Shown here in pieces: positions 42,358-51,512 of a stretch of DNA of 64,000 bases. The position numbers and the translations under genes were made by a program. Where the stretch lies: the IMG/VR virus record IMGVR_UViG_3300024353_000005, positions 1 through 64,000 of that record; one strand, written 5' to 3'. Under the pieces are notes generated by a model. That model was not told where the DNA came from. It worked only from the letters and a program-made list of their open reading frames with translations, and ran no database searches. Numbering within the stretch: position 1 is the first letter of the stretch; each line of letters begins with the position of its first letter. This DNA comes from a virus.

Positions 42358-43071
42358 TTATTCTCCCCGATTAAATTTTAGAATTTTTTGTTTCGCTTTA
42401 TGTAAATCTTTTAGTTCATGTTCCCAAAAGATTAAAGTCTGATAACCGTAGGCTCCATAAACTATTGATCTTCGCTTATCTCTTTTTTTAGTATCTTTTC
42501 TATTGTGCCAATAATCGCCATAGAGTTCTATTATTTTCTTCTGACCATTATAATTTATGAAATCTGGATTTAATCCTCCCAATATAACTTTTCCATTTCC
42601 GACATATTTATATTCATTTGGCAAGATTTTCTGAAGAAATTTATCTAATAGTTTCTCTGGTTTATTAGGCTTTATCCTTAAAGATTTCATCCATTTTTTA
42701 ATTACTCTATTTTTATACTCTTTATTCTGCCATCTCTTTAACATATTTCTTTTAAATTTTCTTTTCGTTTCTAAACTATGTTTATAACCTTCCAACGATT
42801 TACTAATTCGATCTTTAATATTTTTGGAGATAATATGACCTTTTAGGGCTTCGCTTTTAGTTCTTATTTTTATACTGTATTTTTTCAAATATTGTCTAAT
42901 GGTTACATCGCTACAATTAAATATTTTAGCAATTTTCATTGATGATTTTCTATTCTCGATATATTCTTTAATCAAATATTGTTTAGTTATGGGGTATTTT
43001 TTGGGCCTTTTTAAAGCCGCTAATCTCATTTTCTGTTTAGTCTCTTTTGTATGTTTTGAGTTCAGCTTCAT
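42358..43071 (-). CDS. homing endonuclease, NUMOD3/HTH plus Vsr/DUF559-like (EDxHD) domain
   Basis: KHTKETKQKM and HSLETKRK NUMOD3 repeats; PDF...IIELYGDYWH...D...WEHE. Confidence 0.85.
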   Translation of the reverse strand: MKLNSKHTKETKQKMRLAALKRPKKYPITKQYLIKEYIENRKSSMKIAKIFNCSDVTIRQYLKKYSIKIRTKSEALKGHIISKNIKDRISKSLEGYKHSLETKRKFKRNMLKRWQNKEYKNRVIKKWMKSLRIKPNKPEKLLDKFLQKILPNEYKYVGNGKVILGGLNPDFINYNGQKKIIELYGDYWHNRKDTKKRDKRRSIVYGAYGYQTLIFWEHELKDLHKAKQKILKFNRGE

Positions 43072-43231
43072 TTCAAAGTGTCCGCAGAATAGGCATAGCC
43101 ATCTACGATAAAGAAATAAGTCTTGTCCTTATAAATGCCAGTTCCACCACAAGCCCTACAGTTCTTATCCTTGCCTTTGCAGATATAGCACTTTGCCTTG
43201 TTTATTCTGGTTATGACCTCTAATTTCTTTT

Positions 43232-43594
43232 TCATTTTATCTCCTCTATAACTTTATGTATTTTTATCATTTCATTTGCAAAATTTTCTGCTTCGGTTTT
43301 TTCATCTAAATTAATTGTTAAACATTGATTAGGTTCTTCTGTAGGAATATAAGTTACTGTTTTAGTAATTTTAGTTTCAGAATTAGTAGCATAAATCTTA
43401 AAAGTATATTTCTTATTTGGTTCAAGTATCATTATAAAGGAATTTTCACCAGATAATCGCATATCATTAGAGAATACTGCATCTATATTATAAGTAAGGC
43501 TTGGTTCTATATTTATCTTTACATACACTACATCCAAAGAAGAACAACCCATAACAAATAAACTAATTAAAAATAAGCAAATTAATTTCTTCAT
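43232..43594 (-). CDS. putative lipoprotein
   Basis: signal peptide with lipobox VMGC. Confidence 0.6.
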   Translation of the reverse strand: MKKLICLFLISLFVMGCSSLDVVYVKINIEPSLTYNIDAVFSNDMRLSGENSFIMILEPNKKYTFKIYATNSETKITKTVTYIPTEEPNQCLTINLDEKTEAENFANEMIKIHKVIEEIK

Positions 43595-43863
43595 TTCATA
43601 TCTCCTTTCTATCCAGTTTCTCCCTAATCGCTAAAGCCCTATCTATAAGCCTATCCCAGTTCTTTCGCAAATTTCTGGCTGTATCAAAACGAAAGCCCTC
43701 TTCCTTCAATTGGTCAAGGGCCATTTTGAATATACTTGGTGGGTTCTGGCGTTCAAAAGCATTGTAGATAAATTCTTCAACCTCTCTGTCTGTAACAGGA
43801 TAGGTCATTTTTCTATCTTTTCTCAACTTTTTACCCCTCACTATATAGTGTTTTTCAGACATT

Positions 43864-44205
43864 TTACAAGTACCCCTTAAGAGATTTTTTCAAATTATTT
43901 TTAGCACAATTGAGATACTCACTAACAGCTTGTTGACTAATTCCCAAAATTTTCCCTATTTCCTTCTGCTTCTTATTCTTTATGAAGTATAATTTAATAC
44001 ATTGTCTTTGTTTTGGTGTCAAACTTTTTAGGGCCTTTCTAACTACTTTAGCAAGGTGCTCATGCTTCTTCTGAGTAACATCAAACTCGTTTTCCTCCTC
44101 CTCAATGAGAATTTCCAAAGGAGTCTTGGGTTCTTGTTCCTCTCTTAACAGTTCCAAAGTTCGAGCAGTCTTACCTCGAAATATTTCCTTGTATTGTTTG
44201 GGCAT
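43864..44205 (-). CDS. sigma-70 region 4 domain protein (transcription regulator)
   Basis: LTPKQRQCIKLYF......EIGKILGISQQAVS. Confidence 0.8.
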   Translation of the reverse strand: MPKQYKEIFRGKTARTLELLREEQEPKTPLEILIEEEENEFDVTQKKHEHLAKVVRKALKSLTPKQRQCIKLYFIKNKKQKEIGKILGISQQAVSEYLNCAKNNLKKSLKGYL

Positions 44206-44214
44206 AATTTTCTC

Positions 44215-44775
44215 CTATCTCACAGTTACATTAACATCAGTCTCTACATCTGTTTCATTAGTATTCTCATTGGTGTTAGTATTATTATTTGTTGTTGTAG
44301 CAGTTCCAGACCCACCTGTTGCAGAATTAGTTATAGTTCCTGTATAAGCTGTAGAAGTTATATTGCCCACAGAAGAACTACTTTGAGAAGCAATAGTACC
44401 CATATTTACACTTTGATTAAATCTTATTCTTTTAATAGCGTCTGTTACTTCTCGTAATGGCATACCTTGAGCAATTAAGTACTCTCTCATTGCTTGAGCT
44501 TTAATAATTTCTATCTTAATTTCGTGTTCTCTTTGTATCTCAGTCTCGACTTGTCTTGTCCTCTCAATCATCCGTTGTTTATAATGCTCCTGCTCGGATA
44601 ATCTTTCTTTCTCAGTTAAATTTCCCTGCAAATAGATACACCCATCTTTTTCGTAGTACTCACCTTTTAAATCTAATTCATTAGCTTTTGCTCCCCTTCC
44701 AAAAATTAGCAGAAAACCTACTATCACCAAAATTGTCACCACCATCCTAATTAAGCCTACTACTTCTTTTCTCAT
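44215..44775 (-). CDS. secreted/membrane protein with Thr/Asn/Ser-rich tail
   Basis: N-terminal hydrophobic segment with AKA cleavage-like site; low-complexity C-terminus. Confidence 0.6.
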   Translation of the reverse strand: MRKEVVGLIRMVVTILVIVGFLLIFGRGAKANELDLKGEYYEKDGCIYLQGNLTEKERLSEQEHYKQRMIERTRQVETEIQREHEIKIEIIKAQAMREYLIAQGMPLREVTDAIKRIRFNQSVNMGTIASQSSSSVGNITSTAYTGTITNSATGGSGTATTTNNNTNTNENTNETDVETDVNVTVR

Positions 44776-44964
44776 TCTATCCTCTTTCTGCTTGTATTAT
44801 AGCCAAATTTTTCTCTGGCCTCTATGAGCTATTTCTGAAGTTGCTACTTTACTATTCCATTTACAGTTTTTATTTTGACAATCTTTACAACCATTAAGCC
44901 TATCGAGTTCCTTTTTATAAAATTTATCCTTCTTTTCTCCCCTTTTCCAAGCCTCCTTTTCCAG

Positions 44965-45066
44965 AAAATAAAAAAGCCGAACCACCACAATATTCGGTAG
45001 CTCGGCTATCATTTCTGACCCGTAGCTTTGCGCTTCGCTATTTCAGCGAATTGCCTTTATCGTAAT
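44965..45066 (-). ncRNA. c-di-GMP-I (GEMM) riboswitch 2 with intrinsic terminator
   Basis: AAAGGCAA-TTCGCT-GAAAT-AGCGAA-GCGCAAAGC...GGGTCA-GAAA-TGATAGCC-GAGCTACCGAA; terminator AGCCGAGCTACC/GGTGGTTCGGCT + TTTTTATTTT. Confidence 0.9.
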
Positions 45067-45120
45067 CTAAATTGTATATTAAAGTTACACTACTTTAGAG
45101 ATCCTCCAATTTCTCTCCTA

Positions 45121-45224
45121 AAATAAAAAGCCGAATTGCCTATCCTTCGGCAACTCGGCTTCGCTTAAAGCGACCTTGAGTTTTGCGCCCCACTAATTCA
45201 GTGGGTAGCCCTTTCGGAGATAGT
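45121..45224 (-). ncRNA. c-di-GMP-I (GEMM) riboswitch 1 with intrinsic terminator
   Basis: CGAAAGGGCTA-CCCACT-GAATT-AGTGGG-GCGCAAAAC...GGTCGC-TTTAA-GCGAAGCC-GAGTTGCCGAA; terminator AGCCGAGTTGCC/GGCAATTCGGCT + TTTTATTT. Confidence 0.85.
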
Positions 45225-45248
45225 ATTAAATTTCAACCTGTAATATTA

Positions 45249-45277
45249 AGTATACACTATAAAATCTAATTTGTCAA
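45249..45277 (-). promoter_or_regulatory. sigma70-type promoter driving the riboswitch leader
   Basis: TTGACA-N17-TATACT. Confidence 0.85.
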
Positions 45278-45281
45278 GTCC

Positions 45282-46787
45282 CTAATTTTTATTTTTTTCA
45301 AATCTACTTTTTTCTCGTAATACCTGCAAAAATATATCTACTAATTCTGGATCAAATTGTTTTCCCTTCTCTCGTTCCAATTCTTCTATTGCTTGTTCCT
45401 TAGTTTTAGGATTTCCATTATAGGGTCTTTTGTGTATCATTGTATCATAACTATCTAAAATAGCAGTAATACGAGAAAGTAAAGGGATATTCTGACCTCT
45501 CAATCCATCAGGATAACCAGTTCCATCCCATCTTTCGTGGTGGCGTAATATGTAATCCGCTATATGAGAAAATTGCCTTACCCCTTTTAAAATGTTATAG
45601 CCTAAAATTGGATGAGTTTTCAGCTTTTTCCATTCTTTTTCAGTTAAAGGTTCTTTTTTATGAAGTATTCTGTCTGGAATGCCTATCTTACCTATATCGT
45701 GAAATTTAATAGTATAATGTAAATCTCTTATTTCTTGAAGTGATAAATGAAGTCTTTTAGCGAATTTAGCTCCCAATTTTATTAATCTATTATGATGTAT
45801 TTGAGTTCCCATATCTTTTTGTTTCATAACTTCAATTAAACTATTAATAAATTCTTTCTGAGCAGTGCCTTCTTTATCCATTTTATCTTTATACATTTCT
45901 TCATCTGCTTTAGATATATATCTATTTAAATCTTCTTTTTTAAATTCAGTTATTGTAATAGATCCAATAGCATAGTTAATATTAATTTTTTTAACTTCTA
46001 AAGAATAAGATTTACATTTTCTATTTAATTTCTTAATAATTTCTTCTGCACGACTTCGGTCTGTTTGTTTAAGAAGGATTGAAAATTCGTCCCCCCCAAT
46101 TCGTGCTACTACATCGTCTTGTCTTACGCAATTTCTCATAGACTTTCCAAAATATCGAAGTATCTTATCCCCTGCTGGATGTCCCCAAGTATCATTAATA
46201 ATTTTTAAATGATTTACATCTATTGAGATTATAGAAATGGGATAGTTTCTTTTAGTATTTATTCTTCTCAATTCTTCTTCAAAATAAGTTCTGTTATATA
46301 ACTCTGTCAACGAGTCGTGATAGGCATTATATTTTATCTGCTCTTGTAATTTTCTGTGCTCAATTCTACTTTTTTGTAATTGCAATTTTATTTGTCGCTT
46401 TGTTTGTCTTGCCATATACTCTTGAAAACTTGTTTTTATAACCTCCAGAAAAGTTAATGTGTCATAGGGTTTTATCAAAAGCTTTTTAATTCCTATTTCT
46501 AACAATTGTTGTGTTTGTTTTAATGTTAAAATTAAACCAGTTATTACTATAATACAAGTGTCAGGATAATTTAATTTTATATAATAAGCTAAATCTACCC
46601 CATTTCCATCAGGTAATTCAATATCAATTATTACTACTCCAATATTATTTTCTTTGAAGATTTTCAACCCTTCCTGAAAAGAATTAGCAATTAAAGTTTT
46701 ATAACCCTGAGCTTGAAGATTTATAGAAATAGCTTTTGCTAATTCTTTGTCATCTTCTATAATAGCTATTTTAGGAATATTATTCAT
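45282..46787 (-). CDS. REC-GGDEF-HD-GYP c-di-GMP synthase/phosphodiesterase
   Basis: REC: IEDD, DIELP, ITG, KP; GGDEF: NDTWGHPAGD, I-site RQDD, GGDEF; HD-GYP: HDIGK, HHERWDGTGYP. Confidence 0.95.
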   Translation of the reverse strand: MNNIPKIAIIEDDKELAKAISINLQAQGYKTLIANSFQEGLKIFKENNIGVVIIDIELPDGNGVDLAYYIKLNYPDTCIIVITGLILTLKQTQQLLEIGIKKLLIKPYDTLTFLEVIKTSFQEYMARQTKRQIKLQLQKSRIEHRKLQEQIKYNAYHDSLTELYNRTYFEEELRRINTKRNYPISIISIDVNHLKIINDTWGHPAGDKILRYFGKSMRNCVRQDDVVARIGGDEFSILLKQTDRSRAEEIIKKLNRKCKSYSLEVKKININYAIGSITITEFKKEDLNRYISKADEEMYKDKMDKEGTAQKEFINSLIEVMKQKDMGTQIHHNRLIKLGAKFAKRLHLSLQEIRDLHYTIKFHDIGKIGIPDRILHKKEPLTEKEWKKLKTHPILGYNILKGVRQFSHIADYILRHHERWDGTGYPDGLRGQNIPLLSRITAILDSYDTMIHKRPYNGNPKTKEQAIEELEREKGKQFDPELVDIFLQVLREKSRFEKNKN

Positions 46788-48610
46788 TTTTTCTCTCTCA
46801 AATAAACCATTCGTCTTACACATCCCGCAGGAATTAGTATAGGCTCATCTTCAGGATGACCATTTATTCTCTTCAGAACAACTTTCTCTTTATCCTTATG
46901 CCATAAATAACCAACGATTTTTATTTCAGGCAATACTAAATCTTCTATTTTCCATACTCCTTTACCATAAGAAATCATATCTACGAGGGTAATCTCTACT
47001 CGCTTGTATTCTCTTTTCCTTTTACCCATCTTTATTCTCCTTTATATTTCCATAATTTTGATAATCAGCCAACAAATTAAAAGAATTAATAATACTGCTA
47101 ATAACAGCATCTCATTTCCCCTTCTTTCGATACTCATTAAATAATCTATTTCTTTCCAGCGGACAATCCTTACAACTCTTTCTCTTACAAATCCAACAAA
47201 GAGGCTCTGTGTTCTTTAAGATATAATCAACATTTTCCTCTAAATGTTTAATTGCCATTGCTTTTTGTAAAAATACTCTTGGATTAATTTTCATTTATGT
47301 CCCTTTTTTATACTAAAAATCTTCTTACAACTCATACAAAGACTTACTCGTTGTTCCTGACTATTTGAAAATTTAATGACTACCTTCTGTGTATTCTCAC
47401 TTTTACAATATGGACAACAATTATTTTTCATTATATCTCCTTTATCTATCTGGTTTATATTCCTCTTTTTCCCGATAAATTAAGTAAGAAACTAGAAACA
47501 AGAAAACGATTAATCCTATTCCTATCTTAAGTAAAAACATTTTATAGTCCCCCTTGCTATTTTATATTAAAGATGAAAGAAGACAAGATAAAATCTCTGT
47601 TAAGATATAGCCAATCCGTAAAATCAACAAGCCAAAAACTATTGCAAGACTAACAACTGCTACAGTAAATATGTTTTTATAAGTCATTTTATCCTCCTTA
47701 TTTATAGTTCTACTATTTTGTAATCTTGGGCACAATTCACTCTCGCCCATTGTTCGGCACTATGCCCACTTCCAAAAAAGATAACATCCCCCTCTTCATT
47801 TCTATCTATACTACAATTGTCATAAGTATCTTTAACATACTCGATTACGATGTACATTATTTTATTCTCCTATTAAAATTCTTTTTTTACTCCGAGATAC
47901 TTTGCTATCTTCTCTGCAATTTCTGCTTTCTTCTTAAGGTCAGTCAAATCAATATGAAAATAGTTAGCATACTCTCTTAATTGTTTTGTGGTTAATTCAC
48001 ATCTTAGCATTTGCCAATCGGTTTTTCTCATTCCTTTATGCCTCCATTCCAATATGTTTACAACAAGTTTTACACATTAAAACTACTGCTTCTTCATTAT
48101 TTTTTTCCAGAACCAAATTAGCTTTTTCATATTTTATCATTAAATCTATTCCGATATCTTTAATAGTAAAAGCAAAGGGTGATTGTTCATTGCCACAAGT
48201 CTTACAATTAGGATATAATACATTTTCATCTCTACTATATACTTTTGTGCCTAAGATTAATTTACTCATTTTTTCTTTCCCTTTATTATCTCTACTAATT
48301 TAGAACATTCATCCAATATTTGACTTTCGTTTACTTATCCTAGCCCTTCTAAATACAAAGTCTGTATTAACATAATAATAATCATAATATAAATCTGAAG
48401 ATATAACTAAATTATTATGTCTTCCCTTATCTTTTCCAAGAACTTCTAATAATTTTTGGGTTTCTTCAGGAGATAACCAATCTACCAATGTAAAAGCCTT
48501 ATCATTCATAGTCCACTTAGCATCCATTATCTTTCTCCAACTTTTGTTAATCTCTATTTTTCTTTACTCCCTTTAATTGCTTTCGACCCGCCATTGATTT
48601 AACCTATATC

Positions 48611-48683
48611 AGGCTGTCCCGTTCTTTCGGTAGCCTACCACTTTTAATCTATATGGTTTCTTGACAGGCAAACAAGACAGCCT
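48611..48683 (-). ncRNA. putative structured intergenic RNA (long bulged hairpin)
   Basis: 13-bp outer stem AGGCTGTCTTGTT/AACGGGACAGCCT and 8-bp inner stem GCCTGTCA/TGGTAGGC, with G-U pairs. Confidence 0.4.
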
Positions 48684-48840
48684 ATTTTATTCCTTTTCAA
48701 TATCTAATTCTAATAGTATATCATCTAAAATATCCGAAGCGGAAGGCAACTGTATTTCCTCATTTTCAACATAGATGCCGCTTAAATATTTGTCAATGAG
48801 TTTTTCTACTGTTGCATAATCCTGTCTATCAATTTTAATT

Positions 48841-49368
48841 TTAGGCATTACCTTCCTCCTTTGGTTCTATTGGAGAATTACTACTCCCTCCCTGTGATTG
48901 ACTATAACAATATATTGTTTGTTTTAATTTATTTGCTATTGGTTGAGCTAATTTTTCGCCCCTGTCAAATTCTCCAATCGTTGGTTTTTCATCTTGATAT
49001 AATACTTCTATTATTTTGTCAACCCAACCCTGTCTTGTTCTATAAGTTTTTCTTCCCTTGCCTACCACCACAAAAGTTAAATGCTTATCTCTTAAATCAA
49101 CTCCTGTATTACTATATAAATCATCAGAATTAGTGTGCCAGGGTGCTTTTAATTCTTCTATTGTTCCATCTTCCAAAGTAAAAGATAGTGTTCTTCCACC
49201 AAAACCATCGGAATTTTTGCCACCAGATACATAGATATTATCAGCAGGATTATCCTGAATAGCGTATAACCAAATTCTGCCTGACTTTCCAATTACCTTT
49301 TTGTATCGTCTTTCCTCTGCTTCAGAATGACCGCATAGCATCGGTTGTCTATCAATTATATAATCCAT
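48841..49368 (-). CDS. hypothetical phage protein
   Basis: GFGGR..F..EDG....L..PW pattern; RBS GGAG. Confidence 0.6.
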   Translation of the reverse strand: MDYIIDRQPMLCGHSEAEERRYKKVIGKSGRIWLYAIQDNPADNIYVSGGKNSDGFGGRTLSFTLEDGTIEELKAPWHTNSDDLYSNTGVDLRDKHLTFVVVGKGRKTYRTRQGWVDKIIEVLYQDEKPTIGEFDRGEKLAQPIANKLKQTIYCYSQSQGGSSNSPIEPKEEGNA

Positions 49369-50213
49369 TTTTCCATCTCCCTTATTCTTGAAAATCAACT
49401 TTAGTCCCATTCTCATAATAAGCCTCGTCTGGATGATTTTGGCAGTATCCAAACTCTATCCCAAAGTCATTGTAAGCCCAGAAAGACTTGAGGCACTTCG
49501 GGCACCTGCCCCTTGATACCCAGAATTTTGTCCCTAAGTGTTTAATCAAAGCATAACAAATATCTAAAAACCAAATTATTACAAATATAATATATATTAA
49601 CAAAAATTTATTCATTTTTATTCTCCTAATCCTCATCGTAAATAAATCCGCACTCGCTACAAACAACCTCATAACTGCCCCTACTGCTTCGCATAACTAT
49701 ATCCCCACCGCAGACTATACAAGGTCTTTTCCTGTTGGTATATTCCAGCCTTTCTTCAGAAGATAAATTTCTAAATCTCGCCTCACCATCCAAAAACTGT
49801 AACCCTCTGAGGGCATTTTTTATGTTGGCAAGCTCAGTTTCTAAAGTCCGCAATTCTTGGTCTGTTAGGTAGTAATACATTTTATTTCTCTTGCCCCTTT
49901 AACTTCTTACTAAAACATTCTTCCGAACAGATAGTATGACAACAGTTCTCTATAAACCATTTTTTGCGATAAGGATTATCAAAATCTTCTTCTTTGCCAC
50001 ATATATCACAAATAATAATTCTTTTTATCCCCATTTTATTTCTCCCAATTTTCTCTCGGTCTCAATTCCTCGACCTTATACTGCCTGCAAGCTGGGCAAT
50101 AGCAGTCATCATTCAAATCGCATTCACAGTCGATACATCTGCCCGTCTTTATCATTTCCTCTGCTCTCTGTTCCTGATTTATAAAGTAAAGTAAATCGCC
50201 TAATTCTCCCATC

Positions 50214-50570
50214 TTACTCTCCTTTTAATAATTCTGGGCTTTCATATATGTTGCCTATAATCTCTATCATTTTAGTTTGTTTTAATATATTGCTATAACC
50301 GCTTTCCTCGAACTTCACAATAAAACTTCTATCTATTATTATATCTTTGCCCTCTTCTGTTTTGACTTTAGGAACAAAAAGTCTAACTATATTTTTTTCA
50401 TATATTTCTTTACCATTCTTATCCTTAAGGCCAGTATATTGTTGAATATCTATCGCTGTAATAAATCTTAATTCGCATTTAGTAAAAAATCTACTTAAAG
50501 TCAGGAACTTATCAGAATAGATAAATCTATTTGCTCTTTTATCCCAAGCCCTAAACTTTATCTCTCTCAT
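50214..50570 (-). CDS. YopX family protein
   Basis: MREIKFRAWD...QYTGLKDKNGKEIYE...IGNIYE. Confidence 0.9.
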   Translation of the reverse strand: MREIKFRAWDKRANRFIYSDKFLTLSRFFTKCELRFITAIDIQQYTGLKDKNGKEIYEKNIVRLFVPKVKTEEGKDIIIDRSFIVKFEESGYSNILKQTKMIEIIGNIYESPELLKGE

Positions 50571-50571
50571 C

Positions 50572-50829
50572 TCAATACTCCTTCCCAGCAACCTTAACTC
50601 GTTCTATGGTTTGCAAATTGACAGTTCGGAAAGCATTTTTATTCATATCAAAAACAGTAAGCAATCCCTTGAGAATAGGATAGTATCTCATACCCTTACC
50701 AGTAACCCCTTTCTTCACTCCGAGCCGACAATTCATACTTCGCCGAGTCCCGTCCTTCTTGGTAAAGACGATGTTCATTATCCTGCCATTGGAGTCTTGG
50801 ATTTTCTTCAGCATTTCGGATTGGGTCAT
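50572..50829 (-). CDS. WYL_2/SH3-fold small phage protein
   Basis: VFTKKDGTRR.M...VFD......R pattern. Confidence 0.7.
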   Translation of the reverse strand: MTQSEMLKKIQDSNGRIMNIVFTKKDGTRRSMNCRLGVKKGVTGKGMRYYPILKGLLTVFDMNKNAFRTVNLQTIERVKVAGKEY

Positions 50830-51028
50830 TTTAGTTTCCTTTCTTTAGCATACTTATCTATTTTTATATAACTTCCTTTTGCCACCATTCTTTTTGTATA
50901 ACATTGAGGACATAATTTCATAGCCACTACTTCTGGAGTATATGCTTTTACTCTAAATTTCTTTTTACAATCTTGGCAAGTAAATATTTTATCTTTCATT
51001 TAAAATCTCCTTTCCAAGTCTCACTATA

Positions 51029-51057
51029 AGTATACCATATTTTAGGGTGTTTGTCAA
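51029..51057 (-). promoter_or_regulatory. sigma70-type early promoter
   Basis: TTGACA-N17-TATACT. Confidence 0.8.
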
Positions 51058-51512
51058 GTTTTATTTTTATATTCTTTTAGCAGAATGCTCGCTATTCTGG
51101 ATGCGTTTCTTTCTAACTTCTGCCTAACATGGCTATTTATATCCACGACATTCGTTCTCCATTCCTCAAAATATTTTCCAAACCATCTGGGGTATCTATA
51201 TTTCTGCAAGTAATGAGCGGTTTCGTGTGCTACTATAAAATATAGTCTATCAAAAAACTTCATTGGTGGGACTGCTTCTGCGTATCTATTTATATCCTTA
51301 AATTCCTTTAAAAACTTTAATCCATACAATAAAAAATTTTCGTTTTGTTTATAAGTACAATTTGGATATAAAAAGTTAAATTCTATTTCAATAAGAGGCA
51401 GTTCAAGCCTCTTCATAATTTCCCAACTCCACTGCCTAATCACATTTTTTAATTGCTCATTCTCATCCATTTTAACATCCTCGATTTTGGGGTTTACTTT
51501 TCTAAGTTGCAT
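51054..51512 (-). CDS. HExxH zinc metallopeptidase-like protein
   Basis: VAHETAH...LERNA. Confidence 0.65.
   Translation of the reverse strand: MQLRKVNPKIEDVKMDENEQLKNVIRQWSWEIMKRLELPLIEIEFNFLYPNCTYKQNENFLLYGLKFLKEFKDINRYAEAVPPMKFFDRLYFIVAHETAHYLQKYRYPRWFGKYFEEWRTNVVDINSHVRQKLERNASRIASILLKEYKNKT

Noticed and set aside
44797-45012. 71-aa ORF in the track
   Set aside because: It starts inside riboswitch 2 and crosses its terminator; no RBS.
45900-46330. Hypr-GGDEF / cGAMP signalling
   Set aside because: The specificity residue is Asp (GHPAGD), and both aptamers have G rather than A at the position-20 equivalent, so c-di-GMP is favoured.
48611-48683. Twister ribozyme (TAAAAGTGG resemblance)
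   Set aside because: Other conserved twister elements and pseudoknot pairings could not be found.
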